Source of the DNA: an uncultured cyanobacterium
Lineage (GTDB): Bacteria; Cyanobacteriota; Cyanobacteriia; Phormidesmidales; Phormidesmidaceae
DNA length: 64,000 bases
Direction: 5' to 3'
Assembly: GCA_963793265.1 (NCBI GenBank)
Contig: CAWBZI010000006.1
Location: 608,001-672,000 of the forward strand
The notes under the pieces were generated by a model. The model ran no database searches, was not told the DNA's origin, and saw only the letters and a program-made list of their open reading frames with translations. Shown one piece after another: positions 20,307 through 29,793 of the stretch. The first letter of the stretch is position 1, and the number at the start of each line of letters is the position of its first letter. Both the position numbers and the translations under genes were made by a program.

Positions 20307-22955
20307 GTGTTAGCGCCCGAAACCCTTTTTCCCTTTCAGCTAGACGACTTTCAGCTAGAGGCCATAGACGCCCTCAATCAAGGCGAGTCCGTCATTGTCT
20401 GTGCGCCGACTGGCTCAGGAAAGACGCTTGTGGGTGAATATGCCATCCACCGGGCGCTAGCGATGGGCAAAAGGGTTTTTTATACCACGCCTCTCAAAGC
20501 CCTCTCTAACCAGAAATTACGAGACTTCAGGCGCATCTTCGGTGACGAAAACGTGGGCTTGCTCACAGGCGATAGCTCCGTCAACCGCGACGCGCCAGTC
20601 GTCGTCATGACCACCGAAATTTTCCGCAATATGCTCTACGGCACAACGATTGGCGAGGTCGGCACCTCCCTACATGACGTACAGGCCGTTGTGCTAGACG
20701 AATGTCACTATATGAACGACCGGCAGCGCGGCACCGTCTGGGAAGAGTCGGTGATCTATTGCCCGCCCGAAATCCAAATTGTCGGACTCTCGGCCACCGT
20801 CGCCAATGGCGGTCAGCTCACCGACTGGATTAGTGAAGTTCACGGCCCCACCCGCCTGATTTATTCAGACTATCGCCCGGTGCCGCTCACCTTCCACTTT
20901 GCCGCCGAAAAAGGCGTTTTCCCGCTCCTGAATCCCAAGCACACGGGCATTCACCCCCGGCTCAAGAACTATCGCAAGCCGCCTCGTCGCCAGCGCGGAC
21001 AGAAGAAACAGGCGGCTGGGCCGACCTTACCGAGCATCGTCAGCAGGCTTCAGCAGAATGACATGCTGCCTGCGATTTATTTTATTTTCAGCCGTAAGGG
21101 GTGTGATCGCTCAGTAGATGTGATCGCTCACATGACCCTGGTTACCCCCGCCGAATCCGAACTGCTCAAGCGCCGCATTGACGACTTTGTAGACCGCAAC
21201 CCCGAAGCCGTCAGATCCAATCAGCTCGTGCCTCTATACGGCGGCATCGCAGCTCACCATGCAGGCATTCTACCAGCCTGGAAAGGCTTAGTAGAGCAGC
21301 TTTTCCAAGCGGGCCTAATCAAAGTCGTATTCGCCACCGAAACCCTGGCCGCAGGAATTAATATGCCTGCGAGGACGACCGTGATTGCCAGCCTTTCTAA
21401 ACGAACTGACGACGGGCACCGGCTACTACACGCCTCTGAGTTTTTGCAGATGTCGGGCCGAGCCGGACGCCGGGGCATGGATGAACAAGGCTACGTGGTA
21501 ACGGTAGAGTCGCCGTTTGAAGGGGCAAAAGAAGCTTCCAGGCTTGCGCTATCGCCGCCCGATCCTTTGGTGAGCCAGTTTACGCCGAGCTATGGCATGG
21601 TGCTTAATCTGTTGCAGGTGCATACGGTTGAAGAGGCGCAAGAGCTGGTTGAGCGTAGCTTTGGGCAGTATCTAGCGACGCTGCATTTAGCGCCGCAGCG
21701 ACACGCGATTGAGGCGGTAGAGCGTGAGATTGCGGTGTTGGAAGATCAGCTTGCGTTTGTAGATGATGAGGCGATCGCTGAATACGAAAAGCTGCGCGGC
21801 TGGCGAAAAGAAGAATACCGGCTGCTAGATATTTTGCAAAAGCAGGCCGAACAGACATTGGGCGGCGGTGACCCGGTAGCGGCTTCTTTTGCAATGGCAG
21901 GCACTGTGCTCTCGCTCAAGGGTAAATATGTGAAAGTATCTATGCCTTTACCGGCCGTGCTCGTGAGCAAGGTGCCTGGGCCAGGTCAGTTTCCATATTT
22001 AGTGTGCCTGGGGCAGGACAATCGCTGGTATGTGGCGACAGTGAAAGATGTGGCAATACTGCATGATGATCTCGACCGTGTGCAAGAAGCTGACTCACTC
22101 TCACTACCTGAACACTGGCGAATGACGCCGGGTGCGAACTGTAAAGGGAATGAAGCTACTGCCGCCGTGGTTGAGAAAATGCCGCAGATTTCTGATTTTG
22201 ATGAGCTAGCGCCTGAGGTGAAGGCGCAAAAGGAGAAAGTTGCGGCAGTAGAAGAGAAGCTGGCGCTGAATCCGGTAGGGGCGTTGGCGAAGCCCAAGGC
22301 GGTGGTGAAGCAGCGGAACCGGCTGGTGCGGCTGAAAGAAGAGAAGAAGGATAGAGAGAGTAAGTACGAGAATCATACGCATCGCTACTGGCAGGAGTTT
22401 GTTGGCCTGATGCAGGTGCTTGAAAACTTTGAGTGCTTAGACGATGAGGGGCCGACTGATTTGGGCCAAATGTGCGCGGCTATTCGAGGAGAGAATGAGC
22501 TATGGCTAGGGTTAGCGCTAGCTTCAGGAGAGTTTGACGCACTAGAACCGCAGCAGTTCGCCGCTGCCTGCGCAGGCATTTTGATGGAGAACAATCGCCC
22601 TGATACTTGGATTCGCTATCAGCCTACAGGCCCAGTCATAGAAGCCTTAGAAGGTTTGCGTGGATTGAGGCGGCGAATTTTTCAAGAACAAAGACGGCAG
22701 GATATTCACATCCCCGTTGCCCTAGAGTGGGACTTAATCGCAATCGTGGAGCAGTGGGCCTTAGACGTGGAGTGGATTGATCTGTGCGACAATACTAGCC
22801 TTGATGAAGGAGACATTGTACGCATTCTACGCCGCACTTTAGACTTCCTTTCACAGATTCCGCACGTGCCTTATCTATCAGACGAAGTGAGAAGAACTGC
22901 CCGGCAGGCTGCTTTTTTAATCGACAGCTTTCCTGTGAAAGAGAGTGCAGAATGA
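20307..22955 (+). CDS. Ski2-like DEAH-box RNA helicase (HelY-like, DSHCT C-terminus)
   Basis: APTGSGKT, PLKALSNQK, DECH, LSAT, QMSGRAGRRG, DEGDIVR. Confidence 0.95.
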   Translation: MLAPETLFPFQLDDFQLEAIDALNQGESVIVCAPTGSGKTLVGEYAIHRALAMGKRVFYTTPLKALSNQKLRDFRRIFGDENVGLLTGDSSVNRDAPVVVMTTEIFRNMLYGTTIGEVGTSLHDVQAVVLDECHYMNDRQRGTVWEESVIYCPPEIQIVGLSATVANGGQLTDWISEVHGPTRLIYSDYRPVPLTFHFAAEKGVFPLLNPKHTGIHPRLKNYRKPPRRQRGQKKQAAGPTLPSIVSRLQQNDMLPAIYFIFSRKGCDRSVDVIAHMTLVTPAESELLKRRIDDFVDRNPEAVRSNQLVPLYGGIAAHHAGILPAWKGLVEQLFQAGLIKVVFATETLAAGINMPARTTVIASLSKRTDDGHRLLHASEFLQMSGRAGRRGMDEQGYVVTVESPFEGAKEASRLALSPPDPLVSQFTPSYGMVLNLLQVHTVEEAQELVERSFGQYLATLHLAPQRHAIEAVEREIAVLEDQLAFVDDEAIAEYEKLRGWRKEEYRLLDILQKQAEQTLGGGDPVAASFAMAGTVLSLKGKYVKVSMPLPAVLVSKVPGPGQFPYLVCLGQDNRWYVATVKDVAILHDDLDRVQEADSLSLPEHWRMTPGANCKGNEATAAVVEKMPQISDFDELAPEVKAQKEKVAAVEEKLALNPVGALAKPKAVVKQRNRLVRLKEEKKDRESKYENHTHRYWQEFVGLMQVLENFECLDDEGPTDLGQMCAAIRGENELWLGLALASGEFDALEPQQFAAACAGILMENNRPDTWIRYQPTGPVIEALEGLRGLRRRIFQEQRRQDIHIPVALEWDLIAIVEQWALDVEWIDLCDNTSLDEGDIVRILRRTLDFLSQIPHVPYLSDEVRRTARQAAFLIDSFPVKESAE

Positions 22956-22980
22956 TATTGATTCTACCAAGTCCTCTCTT

Positions 22981-23484
22981 CTAGAAAGCGCAGCCGTTTG
23001 GCTGTGGCTCAGCTTCAGCGATCGCTACCGCGAATTCGGGCGTTAGCGTCACGGGCTCGAAGCCTCCAGCGATAGTACCTTTCATGGCTTGGGGGCTGTA
23101 GCCGGTTGGATAGGTGTGTGATCGCACCACCAGCACATCATCCACATCTGCGACAACTGGCCCCCCTGATCGGGTAAAAGGTTGTTCATCTACATGAGAG
23201 TGCGCCAAAGTTCGTCGATACAACAGCTCTCCCTCTTCGGTAACGACTTCCCACCAGTTTGTGTAGCGATTGCACCCCGTATCCCCGCTTTCTATCGTCA
23301 CCAAAAACGTATACCCATCCTCTTCAGAACCATTCACCTCTACTGCGCTCACCGCATCGCTTTCATCTGTAGCAGTGATTTCAGATTTATCATTAAAAAC
23401 TGGAGAGGAACCCCCAGCTTCTACTTCAGGCGCGCAGCTAGACAGCAGAAGCACGAGTGCAAAGATACCGGCGATATACTTCAT
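22981..23484 (-). CDS. Hypothetical lipoprotein
   Basis: Lipobox LSSC; conserved-looking segment GCNRYTNWWEV...HSHVDEQPFTRS. Confidence 0.75.
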   Translation of the reverse strand: MKYIAGIFALVLLLSSCAPEVEAGGSSPVFNDKSEITATDESDAVSAVEVNGSEEDGYTFLVTIESGDTGCNRYTNWWEVVTEEGELLYRRTLAHSHVDEQPFTRSGGPVVADVDDVLVVRSHTYPTGYSPQAMKGTIAGGFEPVTLTPEFAVAIAEAEPQPNGCAF

Positions 23485-23550
23485 TCTTTGTGATTCCTCG
23501 AATAGAATTTAGGTGCGATCGCTTCAGCATACTATCTTTAAGAAGGCGCT

Positions 23551-25056
23551 CTAAGAAGGCGACTTATGCCAATCTTTTGCGCGCTGACGAATCTCATTCA
23601 GCTCATCATCAGACATTCTATCTAAGTTTTTCAAAATAAAATTCATGCGCCCCTGACTACTCAGCTTCTCTCGATGGCGATCTAAAAAGTCCCAATAAAA
23701 GAAGTTAAAAGGACAGGCGTCTTCTCCTATTCGCGCCTTCTTATCGTACGAGCAGCCCTTGCAATAGTCACTCATCTTATTCACGTAGTTAGCGCTAGCC
23801 GCATAGGGCTTTGTTGCCAGTACGCCCCCATCGGCAAACAAACCCATCCCAATCACATTCGTTTGCATTACCCAGTCGTAGGCATCTATAAAAGCAGCAT
23901 GGAACCAGTCTTCTACTTCTTGAGGAGAGAGCCCGGCAATCAGAGAGAAGTTGGCTAATATCATCAGGCGCTGAATGTGGTGAGCGTAGCCTGTGCGCTT
24001 GAGGGTGCTAACCGTTTGGTGCAGACAGTTCATTTGAGTGTCGCCGTGCCAAAAGAAATCGGGCACGGGTTGAATATGCTCGAAGTAGTTGCGTGAGGGA
24101 TAGTCGGCATCGACATGGTTATAAACGCCGCGCATGTATTCTCGCCAGCCCATTACCTGCCGGATAAAGCCTTCTACGCAGTTGAGTGGAATGTCGTTGT
24201 TATCATAAGCGTCTTCTACGGCGGTGATTACCTCCATCGGCTGCAACAGACCAATATTCAGGTAGGGCGAGAGCAGTGCGTGCCACATGGTATCTTCGCC
24301 TGCGACCATGGCGTCTTGGTAGGGGCCGAAGGTGTTGAGGCGATCGCTCACAAAATAATCCAAAACCTGCAATGCCTGCGCCCGGTTCACCGCCCACGCA
24401 AAAGTATCAGAGTCTCCAAATGTCGGATAGTCAGCCGCTTCCACCAGCTCAATGACTGCCCGCGTAATCTCATCTGGCTCAAACTCTAAAGGGGCAGGCG
24501 GCGTAATCTTTCCCTTTGGTGGCTTACGATTTTCCTTATCAAAGTTCCACTTCTCACCCACCGGCTTTTTGCCATTCATCAAAATGTTAAAGCGCTTTCT
24601 CCCTTCCCGATAAAAAGACTCCATCAAAAGACTTTTTCGCGTAGCGGCCCACTCTTCAAATTCTTCAGTAGACCAAAGGAAGTGATTGTTCGGCGTTTGT
24701 ACCAATGGGCAAGGCAGCTTCACATCAGCGAGGAATTGAGCAAAGGGCTTATCGGCAGGCTGCATTACCCTTAATTCATCGATTGAGTCCTTCTTAACCC
24801 ACTCAGCTAAAGGCGCTTCAAAACTATCCGCTGTCTCATAAGTTACCGTCCAGCCTTCAGCCTTTAGCTCTTCGGCAAAATGGCGCATCGCTGACCATAT
24901 GAGTATCAACTTTTGCTTATGGTAGCGCCGCTCTTTAACATGCTCTAGCGATTCAATGAGAATGACATGCGCATTGTCCTTATCTTCCTGACAGCTTTCT
25001 ATCGCAGACTGCCCTTGCCATAGCTGATCGCCCAATACCCAAATACCAACCGTCAT
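23551..25056 (-). CDS. FeS-cluster cryptochrome/photolyase (PhrB/CryB-like, probable (6-4) photolyase)
   Basis: LGDQL, HKQKL, GWREY, HHIQRLM, four Cys (MNCL; SDYCKGC; ACPFN), KPYAASANY. Confidence 0.92.
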   Translation of the reverse strand: MTVGIWVLGDQLWQGQSAIESCQEDKDNAHVILIESLEHVKERRYHKQKLILIWSAMRHFAEELKAEGWTVTYETADSFEAPLAEWVKKDSIDELRVMQPADKPFAQFLADVKLPCPLVQTPNNHFLWSTEEFEEWAATRKSLLMESFYREGRKRFNILMNGKKPVGEKWNFDKENRKPPKGKITPPAPLEFEPDEITRAVIELVEAADYPTFGDSDTFAWAVNRAQALQVLDYFVSDRLNTFGPYQDAMVAGEDTMWHALLSPYLNIGLLQPMEVITAVEDAYDNNDIPLNCVEGFIRQVMGWREYMRGVYNHVDADYPSRNYFEHIQPVPDFFWHGDTQMNCLHQTVSTLKRTGYAHHIQRLMILANFSLIAGLSPQEVEDWFHAAFIDAYDWVMQTNVIGMGLFADGGVLATKPYAASANYVNKMSDYCKGCSYDKKARIGEDACPFNFFYWDFLDRHREKLSSQGRMNFILKNLDRMSDDELNEIRQRAKDWHKSPS

Positions 25057-25131
25057 GAATCATCCTAAACGCCGTCTGCCACAGTGTATCGCGACTAAGA
25101 AAGCTAGGCAGAAGCCTTTAGACGGAGAAAA

Positions 25132-26652
25132 TCATGACTCTTGCCGACTCATTAAGTCGCTGTTCCACTGGGAGATATAGGTGTAAAGCCATTGCAGCTC
25201 GTGGTTGCTGCCGGAAATTTGTAGGCGATCGCTCCTAGAGCCATTGTCACGAGTGAGATATAGGCTCATGCAGGTGCCCGATACGGAGTCAGTGTCGAGA
25301 AAAAGCGATCGCACTGGCACCTCTAAGAGGTGCATGGTGTAGTCTTGCAAAATAGGGCTTCTTATGGCGGCGGAAGGCACAGTTGATAGGCTGATAATTG
25401 CTTTGCCTTCAGATGATCGCGATAGCTTTATGCGAGCTTCTCTTTTGCTACCGAGGTTGGTAGCGACTATGGTTGGATAGAGAATCGCAAAGGCCATAGC
25501 AAGCAATAAGATGGCTACTATTAAAAAGTCGGTGGCTGCTACGGTAACGATCAGTATTGCTAGAGAAAGGGCAATCACTGTCAGCTTTAAGTCTTTGGAA
25601 GAGATAGCGTTTTCTGAAAAGTTAATAGGTTTTGCAAGGATGAAGTTTTCTGAGAGGCGAAACTGCAAGCATCGAATTTCTAAAGATTGAGGCGTTGTGA
25701 GAATCTTGAAGTCGCTGAGAGTTTGCTTTAGGGGCGGGGGCGAAGGTGTGCGGGTAATAGAGATGGAATGTTGTGGAACAGACGGCGCTTTGATCGCAGG
25801 TTGAGGGCGGGCGAACTGCGAGAGGACGGGCTGAGGGCGGACGGGCTGAGGGCGGGTGAGCTGGGAAAGGGCGGCGGTGGTTGAGGGTGTTCTTCTGGCT
25901 AGGTCGGTGTAGGTGAGCCGTTTTATCCAGTGGGTGAAGGCGGGGGAGAGGGTTGAGTAGGGCTCGAAAGCAATTTGGAGATTGGCGGCAGTGAGGTCGG
26001 CGGGGTGTCTGCCGGTGGCCAGGTAGATGAGGGTTGCACCTAAGCTGTAGAGGTCGGAGGCGGGTTGGGCGCGACCGCCGAATTGCTCGGGGGGCATGTA
26101 GCCGTAGGTGCCGACGATGGTCATGGTGCCGCTAGTGTGGGCGATTTGGACGGAGCCGAAGTCTACAAGGTAGAGGGTTTCTCCGGTGAGCAGGATGTTG
26201 CTGGGCTTGATGTCGCGGTGGATGACGGGGGGATTGCGGTGGTGGAGGTAGTGGAGGATTTTGAGTAGGGACTGGGCGATCGCGCTCAAATCATGTTCAC
26301 TAAACGTTCGCCCGGCACTCACCCAGTCTTGCAGCGATCTTGCTTCTATATAGGTCTGCACGAGCGCAAACCCTCGACCCCAGTCCATTTCGACTTCAAA
26401 TGAGTCTAGATATTTTGGGATTGCAGGATGGTCTAAAGACTGTAGCGTTTCGGCTTCGCGCTCGAATAGCTTGAGGTCTTGCCAGTCGAAGTCAGGAGAA
26501 AATAGCACGAGCTTAACAACAACTTGCTGCCGTGTTTGGCAGTCTTGAGCGAGAAAGGTACGCCGACCTGACTGTTTGCCCAATAAAGACTCAAGTTTAT
26601 AGCGATTATTTGTAGCGCTGCCACCAATACGCTGCCCTATAAGTTGTTCCAT
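25132..26652 (-). CDS. Hanks-type Ser/Thr protein kinase K1 with two-TM C-terminal domain
   Basis: VVVK, HRDIKPSN, DFG, GTYGYMPPEQ, DLYSLG. Confidence 0.93.
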   Translation of the reverse strand: MEQLIGQRIGGSATNNRYKLESLLGKQSGRRTFLAQDCQTRQQVVVKLVLFSPDFDWQDLKLFEREAETLQSLDHPAIPKYLDSFEVEMDWGRGFALVQTYIEARSLQDWVSAGRTFSEHDLSAIAQSLLKILHYLHHRNPPVIHRDIKPSNILLTGETLYLVDFGSVQIAHTSGTMTIVGTYGYMPPEQFGGRAQPASDLYSLGATLIYLATGRHPADLTAANLQIAFEPYSTLSPAFTHWIKRLTYTDLARRTPSTTAALSQLTRPQPVRPQPVLSQFARPQPAIKAPSVPQHSISITRTPSPPPLKQTLSDFKILTTPQSLEIRCLQFRLSENFILAKPINFSENAISSKDLKLTVIALSLAILIVTVAATDFLIVAILLLAMAFAILYPTIVATNLGSKREARIKLSRSSEGKAIISLSTVPSAAIRSPILQDYTMHLLEVPVRSLFLDTDSVSGTCMSLYLTRDNGSRSDRLQISGSNHELQWLYTYISQWNSDLMSRQES

Positions 26653-26664
26653 TATCTTTCTAGC

Positions 26665-28257
26665 TCAGCGAAGTTCTTTAATGGGAAAGGGATATTCTGT
26701 AGTCGGGTTGACGATGGTGCTATCCCATTCACCGATATACCTGAGTAGTGTTTTTAGCTCGCGCCGACTGCCGCTTACGCTGAGCTGAGAGTTCCATACG
26801 GATTTATTATCTTCAGAAAATATGAAAAGAGCTGTGTAACCAAAAGTATCAGGAACTACTTTAATAGATCTCATGGGCACGTCAATAAATTGGGTAGGCT
26901 GTCGTGAGTGCTCATTCCAAGATTTAACAGCATCAGTGCTTGTTATTCCCTGAGAAACCTCTACAGTCAGATTTATAGAATCGCTTCTTATTTTTGTCAA
27001 AGCAACTTCTACAACACCAGGATATTGAGAAAAATCACTATCAGAGAACTTTACAAGTAAAGCAATAATTATGCTCACGAAGATAATGCTAGTAATTATC
27101 AAAATTACAGCAGCAGGCGATCCTGAAACAGCCACGAGAAGCAATGACATAAATAGCACAGCCATCAGAAAAAAAGAGAACAAACGGCTATCTGAGTTTG
27201 GAGAATTCTTAGACCTTTCTTCAGGCTGCTGCTGTGTAAGAAATTTCTCTCTAATGCGATACTGAGAAAATCGTAGCAAGAGAGATTGCTCATCTGACTG
27301 CGCTATAAATGCTCCGTCCGCAATAGATACAGAGGTTTTATGATTTGGCAATGCGAGCCGAGAACTGGCTGAGGGTGCGATCGCCTTCGCGGAAGCCTTT
27401 TCTACACTGGGTTCTATAGCCGCTGGTGCGATCGCCGCCTGCCCCTGTGGCGCATGACTAAGCTGATGAAAGGCCAGCGCCGCCGAAGAGATCCGCTTGT
27501 GAGCCTCGGCATAGGTGAGCTGACGAATCCAGTGGGTGAAGTGAGAAGAGAGCGTTGGGTGCGTAGAAATCGCCTGCGCCAAACTGTTCTCTCCTAAGTC
27601 CGCCGGATGTTGGCCCGTGGCTAAATACACTAAAGTCGCACCCAGGCTGTAAAGGTCTGAAGCAGGCGTTGCTCGTCCGCCGAACTGCTCTGGCGGCATG
27701 TAGCCGTAAGTGCCCACGACAGTCATGGTGCCGCCATGCTGAGCCACCTGCACCGAGCCAAAATCAACCAGATATATTTTGCCTGCCGAGTGAGCCGTGT
27801 AGTCGCCCATCAAAATGTTGCTCGGCTTAATATCTCGATGCACTACCGCTGGATGACGGCTGTGTAGGTATTGCAAAATGACCAATATCGACTGCGCAAT
27901 CTCCTTCAGGTTTGGCTCACTAAAGCGACGACCTGAAGTCATCCAGTCCTGAAGCGATCTGGCCTCAATGTAGGTTTGCACCAGCACAAAGCCTTTGCCA
28001 AGGTCTGTTTCAACTTCAAATGAGTCTAGGTACTTCGGAATCGCCGCGTGGTTTAGTGACTTAAGCGTTTCAGCTTCACGCTCAAATAGTTTGAGATCTT
28101 CCCATGTGAAATCAGGCCCAAAGAGAATTAGCTTGAGCACCACTAAAGCGCGAGTCTCAATATCCTCAGCCAGAAAAGTTCTGCGACCTCTTTGTTTGCC
28201 GAGCAGAGACTTTATCTGGTAGCGGCGGGTGATGGTTTGGCCTATAAGCTGTCTCAT
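26665..28257 (-). CDS. Ser/Thr protein kinase K2 with two-TM C-terminal domain
   Basis: Same kinase motifs; divergent, AT-richer C-terminus. Confidence 0.93.
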   Translation of the reverse strand: MRQLIGQTITRRYQIKSLLGKQRGRRTFLAEDIETRALVVLKLILFGPDFTWEDLKLFEREAETLKSLNHAAIPKYLDSFEVETDLGKGFVLVQTYIEARSLQDWMTSGRRFSEPNLKEIAQSILVILQYLHSRHPAVVHRDIKPSNILMGDYTAHSAGKIYLVDFGSVQVAQHGGTMTVVGTYGYMPPEQFGGRATPASDLYSLGATLVYLATGQHPADLGENSLAQAISTHPTLSSHFTHWIRQLTYAEAHKRISSAALAFHQLSHAPQGQAAIAPAAIEPSVEKASAKAIAPSASSRLALPNHKTSVSIADGAFIAQSDEQSLLLRFSQYRIREKFLTQQQPEERSKNSPNSDSRLFSFFLMAVLFMSLLLVAVSGSPAAVILIITSIIFVSIIIALLVKFSDSDFSQYPGVVEVALTKIRSDSINLTVEVSQGITSTDAVKSWNEHSRQPTQFIDVPMRSIKVVPDTFGYTALFIFSEDNKSVWNSQLSVSGSRRELKTLLRYIGEWDSTIVNPTTEYPFPIKELR

Positions 28258-29687
28258 CGGCCTTTCTCCTGCGCTTGAATGCTATCAGTCCACCGATCCA
28301 ATGATTTGAATAGCCAGCGAACGTCTTCTGAACTTGCTGCGATCGCAACCGTCTTCCACTTTAATCGCCGGTCATACTCACACTCAAAAATCATAGATTT
28401 CCCAAATGTACCCGATACGATTTTTCGTACGGGCACTTCAGAAAGATGCTCAGTAGTGATCCTTAAACCGTTCTGGTAAGAGGTCACATCTAGATTGAGT
28501 AAAAAAGACCCTTCAGAGAGTTCTCGTAGTCTCAGATGGGCAAATTTAGCATTCTTCAAATTTTTCTGGACTCTACTGTTTGATGTCGCTATCAGCCATA
28601 GCACTATAGAAATTGCTCCCCAGAAAAGGCCACTTGAACTGATAATAAAAGCCAATAGACAGAGCCAGAGAATAACAAAGAAACCAGAAGTTTCACTAGG
28701 AACAGAGTTCTTTTTTAAGCGCAGCGAAGAGAACTGCACTTTAAATTCGCTAGGCGTCGAATTGATTTCAAAATCTTTGTGAGACAGTTGAAAGGATAAG
28801 TTTGAGCCGCTGCGAGGTTTGGCCGCAACTGGAACGATAGGCTTTGCTGTCTGAATAGGATTGTTTAGCTGGTGTAGTGCTTGCGAGGCTGAAGCAGTTC
28901 GCTTTGATAAGTCGGTGTAGGTGAGCTGCTGAATCCATTTTGCAAACGCAGGCGAGAGATTGCGAGGCGGCTCAAATGCAATTTGCAGATTGTCTTGGGT
29001 TAGCTCTGCTGGATGCTGCCCGGTGGATAGATAGATGAGCGTCGCACCCAGACTGTATAGGTCTGAAGCGGGTTGGGCGCGACCGCCGAACTGCTCGGGG
29101 GGCATGTAGCCGTAGGTGCCCACAACGGTCATGGTGCCGCTAGAAGGTACGGTTTGTACCGAGCCAAAATCAACCAGATAGATACCGCCCGCCGTTGAAT
29201 TACCTTTACTGGGGAGGAGGATATTGCTGGGTTTGATGTCGCGATGGATGACGGGCGGCTGGCGCTGATGCAAGTAGGTGAGAATGTTGAGTAGGCCGGT
29301 TGCGATCGCTCGCAAATCCCCTTCGCCAAACGTATGCCCCGAACTTACCCAGGCTTGCAGCGACTGCGCCTCAATATAGGTCTGCACTAGCGCGAACCCT
29401 TTACCTAAAGGCATTTCTACGTCGAAAGAATCCAGGTATTTCGGAATTGCTAGGTGCTGTAGCGATCGCAGCGTTTGCGCCTCGCGCTGAAATAGTTTGA
29501 GCTGATCCCAGGTGAAATCTGGGCCAAACAGCACCAGTTTTATCACCACCAGGGTTTGCGTTTGGCTATCTTCAGCCAAGAAAGTGCGGCGGCCTATTTG
29601 CTTGCCTAATAGAGACTTTATTTGGTAGCGCTGAGCGCCTGTGCTTTCGACAGGGGTACCTAAGTGCTGCCCGATTAATTGCTCCAT
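28254..29687 (-). CDS. Ser/Thr protein kinase K3 with two-TM C-terminal domain
   Basis: Same kinase motifs; stop overlaps the K2 start (ATGA). Confidence 0.93.
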   Translation of the reverse strand: MEQLIGQHLGTPVESTGAQRYQIKSLLGKQIGRRTFLAEDSQTQTLVVIKLVLFGPDFTWDQLKLFQREAQTLRSLQHLAIPKYLDSFDVEMPLGKGFALVQTYIEAQSLQAWVSSGHTFGEGDLRAIATGLLNILTYLHQRQPPVIHRDIKPSNILLPSKGNSTAGGIYLVDFGSVQTVPSSGTMTVVGTYGYMPPEQFGGRAQPASDLYSLGATLIYLSTGQHPAELTQDNLQIAFEPPRNLSPAFAKWIQQLTYTDLSKRTASASQALHQLNNPIQTAKPIVPVAAKPRSGSNLSFQLSHKDFEINSTPSEFKVQFSSLRLKKNSVPSETSGFFVILWLCLLAFIISSSGLFWGAISIVLWLIATSNSRVQKNLKNAKFAHLRLRELSEGSFLLNLDVTSYQNGLRITTEHLSEVPVRKIVSGTFGKSMIFECEYDRRLKWKTVAIAASSEDVRWLFKSLDRWTDSIQAQEKGR

Positions 29688-29730
29688 AACGTTTTGAGAG
29701 ATCGGTGCGTGAATAATGTACTGGATCGGA

Positions 29731-29754
29731 GAGCGTAATGCCTTACGCCCCTAC
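29731..29754. repeat. REP-like palindrome with GTAG end
   Basis: Minus strand reads GTAGGGGCGTAAGGCATTACGCTC. Confidence 0.75.
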
Positions 29755-29793
29755 GAGAAACACTGGAAACCCTGCTAATTTCCAATGTAACTA